This document shows, one piece after another, positions 10,101 to 21,991 of a stretch of DNA of 64,000 nucleotides. The notes under the pieces were generated by a model. It did not search any database. It was not told the DNA's origin and was given only the letters and a program-made list of their open reading frames with translations. Source of the stretch: Octopus sinensis (lineage: Eukaryota); contig NC_043002.1 of assembly GCF_006345805.1 (NCBI RefSeq), positions 50,778,001 to 50,842,000 of the forward strand, in the 5' to 3' direction. The translations under genes were made by a program, and so were the position numbers. The stretch's first letter is position 1; each line of letters begins with the position of its first letter.

Positions 10101-11051
10101 TGTATATATATATATATTATATAATAATATATTATATATATATATATATATTATATATATATCAGAAATATCTCCACTATCGCGGGGTTCCACAACCACC
10201 CGCGATAGATGAAAATCCACGAAGTAGAAACACTACTGTATATTTTTTAATTATTTTTTATAATTTCTATATATTAGGAAATTAAGAGTGAAATGTCCGA
10301 TTTTGAAGTGAAAATTTATATGTTTATATATATATATATACACGGTCTCCCGCGCGGTTCCTGTCTACTGAATTCACTGACAAGGCATTGTGAGGCCTGG
10401 GTCTTTAGAAGAAGACACCTGCGGAGGATGCCTGTGGATGCAAAGCAATTTTAATCACATAGTCATGCCTCAGTATTTGTAATAAGATTTCACTTGTGGG
10501 AGCGAACCTAGCAAGTCCTATGGCAAAACAATATCTTCATTAAGCACAGACTCGTTGCACAAAATCTCGTTCTCCCTCACCAAAACTGCCCGCATCCCAA
10601 CGGCATACAATATCGTCGGAGCCGGTGCTGTTGTTATACACCAATTGTCGCCAATTCTTCAACAAAAATGACATTTTAATCATATATCAGGATTCGGAAT
10701 AGAATATAAACAATCAAATATAGAACCGTGAGAGCAGTATGGAAGGAACACTGTGGAGAGCATTCTGCAGGCACAATTATTAATAGAGACATAAAGAAAT
10801 GTTGTATACATAATCAATTCGTAAAATTCCGAATGGTACAAAACTCTATATTGGCGCATGTTGAAAAGTTTCCCCTAAGTTGTGAAGGGAATTGTACTGC
10901 ATACAAGAGACGGAAGGCAATGCAGCACTGTGAAAATCCTATTCCACAGTGATAGTGGGTTTACATAACTACACACACACACACACACACACAAATATAT
11001 TATATTATATATATATTATATATATATATATATATATTATATATATTTATG

Positions 11052-11387
11052 CTGAGACCCCTTTCGGTCATGACTGACCATGCGATTGCACCTAGAAAGT
11101 TACCCTCCCAGGCACAAGTTCGGACAAGGTTGTTTATGGAAGACCAATAGTCGTCCATGGATACCGGCCTCCCCTCTCCACGCCACCAGTGTTATCCAAG
11201 GGAAAGGCAAAGGCCGATATAGGTTGGCACCTGTGACGTCGCAACTCATTTCTATAGCTGAGTGAACTGGAGAAAAGTGAAATAAATTGTCTTACTCAAG
11301 AACACAACACGCAGCCAGGACTGGGATTCGAACTCACAACCTCACGATCTTAAACTCGACGCTCTAACCACTGAGTCATGCGACTTC
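11052..11387 (-). mobile_element. tRNA-derived SINE (family C-related)
   Basis: Reverse complement: GAAGTCGCATGACTCAGTGGTTAGAGCGTCGAG...GAGTTCGAATCCC...GTTCTTGAGTAAGACAATTTATTTCAC...CCAGTTCACTCAGCT. Confidence 0.85.
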
Positions 11388-11667
11388 GTATATGCATATA
11401 TATATATATAAGCGTGTGTGTGTGTGTATAAATATACCCATATACATACACATATATGTTCATATATATTTATATATACATACACGATGAGCTTTCAGGT
11501 TACCATTTTACAAATCCACGCACAAAATTTTGGTCGGCCCGCGACTATAGGTCAAGACACTTTCCAGTGGGACTGAAACCTTCATCATGTACTTGGGTAG
11601 CACGCTTCTTACTTGATGGAACTTCTTGCGCGCACACACACATACACACACACATACATACATACAA

Positions 11668-11720
<53 letters not shown>

Positions 11721-11847
11721 CTTACGTATGTATACATCTGTATGTATATATGTAATATATGTATTTATAGGTATATAGATATATATTATAAATAGATAAA
11801 TAAATAAATAAATAAATAAATATATATATACATATATATATGTGTAA

Positions 11848-11879
<32 letters not shown>

Positions 11880-12800
11880 TATATGTGCATATACATGTGC
11901 GTGTGTATGTATGCGTTTATATGACATAATATGTACATATTTATAACGATAAAAGGAAAAAAGTTCTGAACAAATGTAGACATCACTTCTTTATATGTAT
12001 GTATTATACACACACTCACACACATACGTATATATATATGTATATACATATATAAATAGTCTTTGAATGTTCTTAAGGAAAATGAGATGAAATGCTGCTT
12101 CAAACCTTTTATCTTGTTTTTTTCTTGTGATGTTTTGCGCTCCAGAGTCAATCTCTGTCCCTGAGGAGAATTCGAAATGTTTTTATATTTGTATATAAAT
12201 ATAGAAAGAAACAGTACCTGAGTTACTTCAAACTAATTTTTCTTTTCATTTTATTATTATGCTACTCAGCACATTGCCAAGAACTTTTCTTCATATAAAC
12301 ATGAGCATAGGCGCGCGTGTTTGCTTGTATGTATGTATACATCAAACAAACACATCATCGCAGTGTTACTTTTTTAACATTTATTTATTAACTTACAAAA
12401 AAATATTAAAAGTATAAAAGAAATTGACAATGTAGATTTCCATTCATTTCCCAGTAATTATTTTGGACTTAGACACAAAACTCACAATTCTGTGGGAGTG
12501 TATAAGACAATGCTATAGATCTTAATACTTCATCGTGTTGTTTCATCGATCCCAGAGTGATGACTGATGATCACTGCGACCAGATTTGAACTCATGGCAG
12601 AAAGAACTGGAAAATAATGCCACGAAGCATTTTGTCCAACACTCTATCGATTCTGGCGATCTACCATCTGTTTCTCTTCTAGGAAGAGCCCCAAAACATT
12701 TCTTAAAATTTCTGTAGCATGGAAATGATCCTATGAACCTTGTTCCAATTTTGACGAAGATTTTTAGAAATTTTATAGTAGATAGTAATAGAAGATAGAA

Positions 12801-13745
12801 TAGGCGTAGGCGTGGCTGTTTGGTAAGAAGATTGCTTTCCAACCACATAATCCCAAGTAAAGTCCCACTGAGGGGAAGTTAAAACAAATGTCTTCTACTA
12901 TAGCCTCCAGCCGACCAAAGCCTTGTGAATGGATTTGGTGGACGAAAACTGAAAGAAGTTCCTTGTATGTATATATCTATATATATAAAACTGTAGTTGT
13001 GTGAGTGTCTGTCCCCTTCGATTTAGATTCCTAACTACTCCCACATTTTGCGGTGCAGTTTAACCGAATTCAGGTATCTTATAGTCGTGATTCATATCGA
13101 GCCCGTCTGAGTATTAGCGCGCGTCTACGATGAGTCTACGATTTTAAAAATAATTTAACATCATTTTTTATTCCATTTTAATGCATATTTTTTCGTGTGT
13201 CGATGGCGGCGGAGTTGGCGTCCACGCTCACACCTGCACCTGTGTTGCTTTTCCCCCTTCTTCCCTCCCTCGTGAAGCTGTGGGGAAGGGAGTGTAAGGA
13301 AATCAACGTCGTAATGCGTTGTCAAGGAGACCAGCGTTCTCTTAGAACAACGACTTCATGGCTTGAAGACACCAAAACAGAAATGGCTAAGAAAGCCCGA
13401 ATTGGCATCTATAAGGGAAGTAACTCTCTAAAAATGCTTATATAGTTATTTCCCTTACAAATCCGAGCAACGCCGGGCGATACTGCTAGTATGTATATAT
13501 TTATGTGTTAGTGTATCTTTGTGTTTGTCTCCCTGCCATCGCTTGAGAAACGATACTGGTGTGTTAATGTCCCGTAACGTAGCTGTTCGGCAAAATAAAC
13601 CGTTATAATAAATACTAGGCTGTCAAAGAATAAGTCCTGAGGGGTGGTCGATTTCTTCGACTAAAACCCTTTAAGGCAGTGTTCAAGCATGACCACAGTC
13701 AAATGACTGGAACAATTAAAAGAATAAAAGAGTAAAAAAGGATCA
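12801..13745 (+). mobile_element. Family A SINE split by a Helitron in its central TA tract
   Basis: 5' half about 12801-12965 (GGCGTGGCTGTTTGGTAAG...GAAACTGAAAGAAG); 3' half about 13515-13745 ending AAAAGAATAAAAGAGTAAAA. Confidence 0.85.
12976..13489 (+). mobile_element. Non-autonomous Helitron (514 bp)
   Basis: A|TCTATATATATAAAACTG 5' end; GC-rich hairpin TCCGAGCAACGCCGGG (13462-77) 8 nt before the terminal CTAG|T; inserted between A and T with no TSD. Confidence 0.85.
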
Positions 13746-13884
13746 TTAATAATGCATTTTTTCCCCTTTTGAGTGTCAATTCTTCGAATGGCTAAAATGG
13801 TTAACTGTTGTGGTTTAAGCAGATAATCTCGGGTCAAGTCAGTTGTTTTATATATGTCTTTAAATATTGGTTTCATATTTTGGA

Positions 13885-14706
13885 ACAAGGTCAATAATTT
13901 CGGGAGAGACGAATCGATTATATCGGCCCTAGTGCTAAACTGGTACTTATGTTATTAACACCGAAATGATGAAAGGCAAAGCTGATCTCAGCAGCATTTG
14001 GACGCGGGCATAAAGCCGCTAAGTAATTTTTCCCGGCGTGCTAACGATTCTCCCAGCCCACCGCCTTTTTCTATATTAATTTCAAATTTTGACACAAGGC
14101 CAGCAATTTCGGGAGATAGGGTGCATCGCTTACATCGACCTCAGTAATCAACTGGTACTTATTTTACTGACGCCGATAAAGATAAAGGCAAAGTCGACCT
14201 CGGCGGAATTCGAACACAACGTAAAGACAGACGAAATGTCGCTAAGACTTTTGCCCAGCGTGTTAACGATTCTGCCAGCTTGCCGCTTTATATGCATTCA
14301 ATTTTTTTTTCTACAATAGGCACCAGGCCTGAAATTTGAGGGATGGGGGCTAATCGATTACATCCACTTCAGAGTTCAACTGGTGTTTTTTTTTTTATCG
14401 ATCCCGAAATAATGAAAGGCAAAGACGACCGCAGTGAAATTTGAACACAGAACATAGAGAGGCGAAATGCCGCTAAGCTTTTTGCCCGGCGCGTTAACGA
14501 TTCTGCCAGCTCACCGATTTATATTTATTTAGATATTCTTTTCTACAGTAGATACAAGGCCCGAAATTTTGGAGGGAGGAGGCCAGTCGATTAGATCGAC
14601 CCCAGTACGCAACTGGTATTAAATTTATTGTTCACAAAGGGATGAAAGACAAAGTCGACCTCAGCAGAATTTGAACTCAGAACGTAAAGACAGACGAAAT
14701 ACCATA
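13885..14706 (-). mobile_element. Four head-to-tail family B SINE copies
   Basis: Repeated units (about 13885-14065, 14085-14290, 14315-14520, 14535-14706), each with CAACTGGT(A)...GAAAG(G/A)CAAAG...GAAAT...CGCTAAG, all in the same orientation. Confidence 0.85.
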
Positions 14707-15393
14707 TCTATTTAAATATTAATGGACAAATCTGTGAGAGGTAACCATTCCTGCGATCAAGTGGAAACTTAGGTGTTGCAGCACAGTGAATGTGACTTTA
14801 TTTCACATACGTACATCGCTAATTAATGCTTTTGAGAAAGACAAACCTTACGGTCTGCAATTCCCAATTACTTCAATTAGCGTAAAAATGGAATTATGTG
14901 ACGTTAATGTATTTTTTGAAATGCTGTAGCATCTGAAGAGAAGTGAGATGATTTCAATCCCAGGTCTGAAACCATAACACCGATTCTTTCTCACAACAGG
15001 GGTGTATGTCTTGCGTTGAAGTATTTTATCACTGACAGAATGATGAAATTAAAAGGAGATATTAATGTTATTGAAACATAAATCTTTGTTCAAAATTTAG
15101 TCACGCACACACACATACATACACACACACATACGCATACACACTTACACACACACAAACACACACACAATACACACATTCATACATACAAACATACACT
15201 TACACACATTCATGCAAAAGTGCTGACAGACACACGCTCACATGCACACATACACACCGCATTTGTAAATGTATATGTATATATACATACAACTGCATAT
15301 GTCGATAAGCCTATGTATATGTATATACTATTTATGTATGTATATACTATGCTACACATGTATGTATATATGTATATATGTATATATATATAT

Positions 15394-15425
<32 letters not shown>

Positions 15426-16046
15426 AGTTTGTATGTGTATATATGTACATACACACACACACATACACATCCACACATACACACACACACACACATATAT
15501 ATATATACATACATACATATATATGCATGTATACACACATATGTACATACACACATACATGCATACACATAAACAAGACCAATATATGTTTGATATGATA
15601 ACTTACATAGATTTCGTGGTACATCAGTAACGTTATACACAGACAAACACAGAACACACAAACACACACACACGCACACACGCATACACGCCACTAACAC
15701 ACACGCCACTAACACACACGCCACACGTACTATCTTTCTTTTTTCTTCCCCCTCTCTCTCACGCACACACATTCGTTCACGTTGCACGGTGTTCCTGTTA
15801 TTGCTTTTGTTGTCATTGTTGCTATGGTTGTTGATGTTCTTGTTAGTGGTGTTGATGTTGTTTTTGTTTTTGTATTCTTTCTTTCTTTCTTCTTTCTTTC
15901 TTTCTTTAATCCTTTCTTTATATTTTGATCGTGTTGTTTCGTTTTCGCAAGGTTTGCTACATCATCTGATGGTGCTGTATCGAATGACTTATAGTTCCCT
16001 GGTAATTGCATTAAGGTAATAAACATATTTCTGTATTAAAAGTGAA

Positions 16047-16057
16047 ATAATAATAAT

Positions 16058-16093
<36 letters not shown>

Positions 16094-16206
16094 AATAATA
16101 ATAATAATAATAATAATGATAATAATAATGATAATAATGTAATAATAAACGATGATATTGATTGCAATGATGATAATACAACTAGTAACAAGCGCCATTA
16201 ACTATC

Positions 16207-16291
<85 letters not shown>

Positions 16292-16458
16292 TAATAATAA
16301 TAATAATAATAATGATGATGACGATGATGATAATAATAATAATAACATCAACAACAACAACTGCAACAATGATAGTAATGATATCAATAATAGCAAGGAT
16401 ATTAATAATAATATCAACAAAACAATAAAGATGATGATGATGATATGATGATGATGAT

Positions 16459-16491
<33 letters not shown>

Positions 16492-16492
16492 T
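16047..16492. repeat. Compound trinucleotide microsatellite (AAT/AAC/GAT)n
   Basis: Direct reading; source of the poly-N/I/D/L ORFs in the track. Confidence 0.95.
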
Positions 16493-16833
16493 TCAAATGA
16501 ATAAATAAAAATACAACAAAATATAATATATACATTTATTTCAATTAGGATCAAAATTTCATTGATGAATGGAATTCTTGAGATGAGCGGCGGTTCTACT
16601 ACACGCTGAGGCAAAATATTAAGGAATTGCAGGCAAGGCTGTGTGTATGTTAGAATGTGTGTGTCCGTATGTATGCATGTGTGAGAGTATAGTGAGCTGT
16701 GTGTTTGGTGTATTGTGCACGTATGGAGTGTTATGTGTATGGTGTGTGTGTGTGTCTTCGTGTATGTTAGATTCTACTCCGTGTGTGTACGTGGGATGTG
16801 TCTATGTTGTGGTATATATATATATATATATAT

Positions 16834-17346
16834 ATACTAAGCAATAAGGGTTCAGCAACGAATTGCCTTACCACATACCGAATTTAGAAATAGCAGTCAA
16901 AGGGTTATAGCTATTTCTTCTACTAAAAAGGGAGATCTCAGTAAAAACAGCAATTGGAAGGCTGACACAAACAGGTAAGAGAGAATGAATTAACCGCAAT
17001 CTATCAAACATTTTAAAGTTATCCACGGACGTACGTTTCGAAATCAAGTTTAGGAAAGCATAAGAATTAAAATATTAAATATTAAATAATAATATTTAAT
17101 ATTTAATATTTTAATTCTTATGCTTCCTAAAATTGATTTCGAAACGTACGTCCGTGGATAACTTTAAAAATGTTTGATAGATTGCGGTTAATTCATTCTC
17201 TCTTACCTGTTTGTGTCAGCCTTCCAATTGCTGTTTTTACTGAGATCTCCCTTTTTAGTAGAAGAAATAGCTATAACCCTTTGACTGCTATTCTAAATTC
17301 GGTATGTGGTAAGGCAATTCGTTGCTGAACCCTTATTGCTTAGTAT
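16834..17346. repeat. 513-bp near-perfect palindrome (about 255-bp arms, 4-nt loop 17089-17092), probably a Penelope-like fold-back; extends to about 17450
   Basis: The arms differ by 1 substitution and 3 single-base indels. Each carries the hammerhead 3' half GAAACGTACGTC (plus strand 17141-17152). The element is flanked by (TA)n. Confidence 0.9.
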
Positions 17347-17802
17347 TACTTAAATTTTCCTCAAATGAGGCTTTTACATGCCGAAGACTACTTGGTGTAA
17401 TTGATAATATTCCAAATTAATTAATTCACCCTTCATTATTACGGATAACTATATATATATATATGTATTATAAGATACGTGCGTATGTATGCACAGCGTA
17501 TGCATATGCTGTGTTGTGTGTATATGGTTGCTGTATACGCATGTTGTTTTGTGTATGTGTATGGTGCAGCATTTGTGGTGTGTGTGTTGAATTGAGTGAT
17601 AGTGTATATATGTATATGTTGTTGTGCATTATGTGGTGCGCGCATGGTAAGATGTGTGTGTATATGTTGAAGTGCTCTATAGCGAATGGTGTGTATGTTT
17701 GAATGAGTGAAGTGTGTGTATGTACGTTTCTGAATAGATATGCGTACGTGTATGTGTATGTGTGTATATGTACGTGTATGCCTGTAGCCGTGCATTTATA
17801 TA

Positions 17803-18630
17803 CAGGGTGTTCGGGCTAAATTTGACAGTTTTCATAAAAGGAAAAGAAACTTAATAGCCCATCCCAAAATAAAAGCATCTTTTAAAAATCATGAATATAT
17901 GAACTAAATTATGGGTGGGAGAAACAGCTTACTCAAAGTAGCCGCCCTCAGTTTCGATTACAGCCTCAAAAGGATCCGGAACTTGGCGCATGCGTTCTTC
18001 ACTGTGTCCCTGGAAGATCTTCGAATACCTACGTGATCTTGGCAACCAGCTCGGCTTTGGTTGTATCTTTCTCAACAGCACTCCGCATATACTAATCTTG
18101 GCCACCAGTTCGGCTTTGGTTGTGTCTTTCTCAACAGCACCCTGCACATACTAATCTATGAGGTTACCATCTGGGGAATTAAGAGGCCAAAAATTGGGGC
18201 TGGTAAGGTCATAGAAATTCTCCGACATCCCCATATGACTCTTTCTGGAGGAATGACAAAGAGCCGAATCCTGCTGTTAAACATGGCATTTCAGCAGCAA
18301 CTCTCTCCAGCCAGGGATTGACCAATCTCCACAAGTTTTATATAACCGTCTGAACTGAGTCGAAGACTTATTAAAATATTCGAGGATGAATCCCGGCGCG
18401 TGAAGGCAGTCAGAAGGTCTGCTATATCCTTTCCTTGCTGGCAATGGCTTCGTAGTATCCGTTTTTAGCCCTTATTCCCCTTACAGTGTTCACAGAGCAT
18501 TCAGGAGCAATCATAATATCGGCATTTTGATTCCTGGCGCGAATCATTGTGATACACGTAACTCTTTTCCAATTGTCAGATGGCTTCCAAATCCTCCATG
18601 CCTCTAATCTTTATACTCTCCATCGCTGTT
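17803..18630 (-). mobile_element. Tc1/mariner DD37D (maT-type) element, internally deleted, degraded transposase
   Basis: TA|CAGGGTG terminus at 17803. Minus-strand translation QQDSALCHSSRKS...FWPLNSPDGNLID*YV has 37 residues between the two D's, and the C-terminus is FEAVIETEGGYFE*. A 59-bp internal tandem duplication lies at 18036-18153. Confidence 0.85.
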
Positions 18631-18949
18631 GAGTGTTGAGTGCATGACTGCTTGGTTTGTCGGCTTGTGGTGATTTGGGTTGCTGTTGTTGTTGTTGTTG
18701 TTGTTGTTATTGTCATCGTCGTTGTTATTGCAAGTGTTGTCCCGTTCCATGACAGCCCTGCTCAAGCAGATTTACATATAATCAAAGGCATACTAACCTT
18801 GATCATTCCGTCGTTTTTTTTTGTTTTTCCTATGCACAGTAAATCCAGGATCAATTTATCTAAATCAGACTGCTATTTTTAGGCGAGCAACTTACCATGT
18901 GGTCGCTCTCTCTCGTTGTTGTATAGCTTAAAGAAAGAGAAGTTTGGAA

Positions 18950-19069
18950 GAAGTAGCGTGAACTGAAACCGGAAACTGTAGTGACGAATGATAATTACAG
19001 GGTTTTATGAGATTTCGCCATTTTGACTGGACATAACTACTGAAATAAAGAGATCAGAAACGATCGGAG

Positions 19070-19116
<47 letters not shown>

Positions 19117-19420
19117 TACACACACAAACACAAACACACACAAACACACACATACATGCACAAACATAACCACAGACATACACACACACACACACACACA
19201 CACCACACACACGCACATATACGCACAAACACAATCAGTGAAAAGATCATAGACTCTACAATACCATATGATAGCCGAGTGAAAAGCGAGGAAGCTATAG
19301 AAGTTTGAGGAATATCAAGACTTAGTGAAATGAGAAGATTGTGAAATACAAGAGTGAAAATTACTCCCATGATAATTTGAGCGTTCAGCACAACTCCCAA
19401 TGAGATGTCAAACAGGTTGA
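18950..19420 (+). pseudogene. Old R4/Dong-like LINE fragment (restriction-like endonuclease region) interrupted by (CA)n at about 19071-19235
   Basis: PETVVTNDNYRVL*DFAILT upstream of the microsatellite and IDSTIPYDSRVKSEE...RRL*NTRVKITPMII*AFST downstream. These parallel WDMPIHTD and IDVSIPADD...IPIIVGALG in the copy at 43735-44839. Confidence 0.65.
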
Positions 19421-19579
19421 AGGACATACGAAGAGTTTGAGACGCCTAGTATCGGCCTACCATCCTGTAATCTGTGGCAATCCTAAGAAAGACTTTCGAG
19501 ATTTGAGGAGACTTGCTGCCAACAATTTTCGGGATTACATATCTGCTAATTAAATTATCATGTAATAGGTTTTTGTTTA

Positions 19580-19719
19580 CTTATGACGATGATGATGGTG
19601 ATGATGATGATGACCATCATCATCATCATGAACAGGATGAAGATAATGATGATAGTTATGATGATGATGGTGACGACGGCGATGATGACAACAACAGTAA
19701 TAACGACAACAATAGTAAC

Positions 19720-19753
<34 letters not shown>

Positions 19754-19825
19754 TAATAATATAATGATAATGATGATGATGATAGTGATGATGATGATGA
19801 TGATGATGATGACGATGATGATGAC

Positions 19826-19882
<57 letters not shown>

Positions 19883-19915
19883 AATAATAATAGTAATAAT
19901 AATAAAAATAATAAT
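19580..19915. repeat. Compound (GAT/AAT/CAT)n microsatellite
   Basis: Direct reading. Confidence 0.95.
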
Positions 19916-19919
19916 AATC

Positions 19920-20190
19920 CTTTCTACTACAGGCACAAGGCCTGAAATTTATGGGAAGGGGAATCGCCAACCACATTGACCCCAGTGCTTAACTGGTAAT
20001 TAAGTTATCGACTCCTAAAAGATTGAAAGGCAAAGTCGACCTCGACGGAATATGAACTCAGAACGTGAATACGGACGAAATGCCGCGAAGCGTTCTACTC
20101 TAGGCACAAGGCCTGGAATTTTGGGCGAGTGGAATTCTCGATTACATTGATCCTCGGTGTTCAACTGGTACTTCTTTCATTGCCCCCCCC
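19920..20190 (-). mobile_element. Two tandem family B SINE copies
   Basis: CTACAGGCACAAGGCCTGAAAT...GGCAAAGTCGACCTCG...GAACTCAGAACGT, followed by a second CTAGGCACAAGGCCTGGAAT unit. Confidence 0.8.
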
Positions 20191-20526
20191 CTCCTAAGAC
20201 AGATCTAATTTCAAACTACACGCATAACTCGTTTGCCTTTTCGTACATTCTGGCTGATAAAAGATATACTACACATTTACAAGTTTCATTTAATTTACTT
20301 ATACTTATGTATACTGTCATCAACAGGAGCAAAAGAACTATTACTGGCAGCGCCCGTGAAAATTTCTCAATTATTTTGAAAACTATAGGCTTGTTACAAG
20401 TGCATGGATAACCATTAAATACATCATGTCTTTCTGAATTTTCTAATAGTTACTTTTTATGTTTATTCTTAAGCGTTAAATTCTTTGAGATTGTTCAAAG
20501 ATGTGTATAGGGAGTACTAAATAATC

Positions 20527-20908
20527 TTAGTACCTCCGCCTTAGCGAAAGCGGAGGTATTGTTTTACAGTCGTGTTTGTTTGTCCGTGGACAAGGTATCT
20601 CAAGAACCGCTGGATGGATTCGGATAAAACTTCCAGAGATGTTTGGCCTCGTGACTGGCACGAACTGATTAGGTTTTTGAATCGATCTGGTACCGTACAA
20701 GGATTCTGGATTATCTTTCTTGTTTTTTTTTTTTTTTTGTTTTTTACTTAATTTTTGAGAGCGTTCGGGTTCATTTTTAGTGTTCTCGTTTGTGAGAAGA
20801 GTCGAGTTTATTTTAGATATACTCGTTCTAAAAATCATCTCTGGATAATGGTTGAGAGGACGTTGGTGTTGCCTTGTCGGAGGTTTGCGCTCTCTGGGTG
20901 CTCTTGTT
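20527..20908 (+). mobile_element. Helentron-associated non-autonomous element (HINE/DINE-1-like)
   Basis: 5' subterminal palindrome ACCTCCGC...GCGGAGGT (20532-57); a 3' inverted copy TCGGAGGT (20877-84) followed by the stem-loop GCGCTCTCTGGGTGC and a TT end. This is the DINE-1/HINE architecture. Confidence 0.75.
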
Positions 20909-21283
20909 AATATCATTTTTCTTCTTTTCCGGTCTAGTCTAATTTGTACTAATCCTTGCTAAAAAAATTGTCTAACGGTAAATTACTGAACTGAATACTG
21001 TTGCCTATAATCTTATGTTTTGAAACTGAGTTAAGCTTTCAGTATAGATCTAATATATCAACAATATTCATTGTTAACTTTTTGTATAATATGTATGTAG
21101 ATGTACGTACGTATTAATATTGTTGTCGTTCTTCTTGTTCTCTATATAGTTCAGCAATTTCTATGTAAACGTCTCTTAACTCTGTGTCATCACCTCACAG
21201 AATAAATACGGAAAACGTGACGCTTGCGTAAATTTTGCAAACCGCATTTCATGCTTATTTCCTTTCTGAATAACTACTCGCAC

Positions 21284-21326
<43 letters not shown>

Positions 21327-21583
21327 TTTTAGTCATGATTTCTTTGTTTATTCATCAGCTGCACATATGTATATTGAAGACACACATAAAATATGGCTGA
21401 TAACATATGTACCACCATGTAGTATGCAATTTGAAGATGGTCAAATGCTTTAGAATCAGACAGAAAAAGCCCTTTTGCTTTATATTAGATTTGATCTCAT
21501 CATAACTAGGTTATATATTTTATTTTACGTTGTCAAAATATGTACAGATTGGTATTTAAAGCATTATTTTTATTATTGAGTAC

Positions 21584-21967
21584 AAATATACGAAGCCCAG
21601 TATAACCATCACGACTACCTACCTGATAAGGATACACCAGGCACATGCTTCACAACCGTATGTGCACGAAACACACATGTCTTCGGGAGTGGGGCAGGGA
21701 ACTATTCAAAACCCCAAAGAATTTCTCTCAACACATGCCTATGATGCTACACCACTACTTCTGCTCGTGATCAGAGATGCACATATTGTCCGCCACTAAG
21801 GGACATGCTCAACTGGTTATGGTCAAGCAACTGACAACCAGATCTGTGATATTGACCAGAATATTTGCTGTAACCCATCTTTTATACCATGACAAAGCAT
21901 GTACATGATAACCCTACCATTCATTTAAGATCAGAGAGCCACAGCTTGGTACTGCATCATGGCATTT
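21584..21967 (-). mobile_element. Deleted copy of an approximately 560-bp non-coding element associated with (TAA)n
   Basis: Aligns to 55856-56416 with an internal deletion of about 115 bp; abuts a (TTA)n tract and a Dong-like LINE 3' end. Confidence 0.8.
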
Positions 21968-21991
21968 ATTATTATTATTATCATTATTATT

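Noticed and set aside
13885-14706. Regularly spaced repeats suggestive of a CRISPR-like array
   Set aside because: The units are about 200-bp SINE copies also dispersed elsewhere, in eukaryotic context with no cas genes.
16152-16535. Poly-N/D/I/L/H ORFs (also 19513-19979, 37883-38464, 59449-59835)
   Set aside because: Trinucleotide repeat expansions, with no flanking coding context or splice signals.
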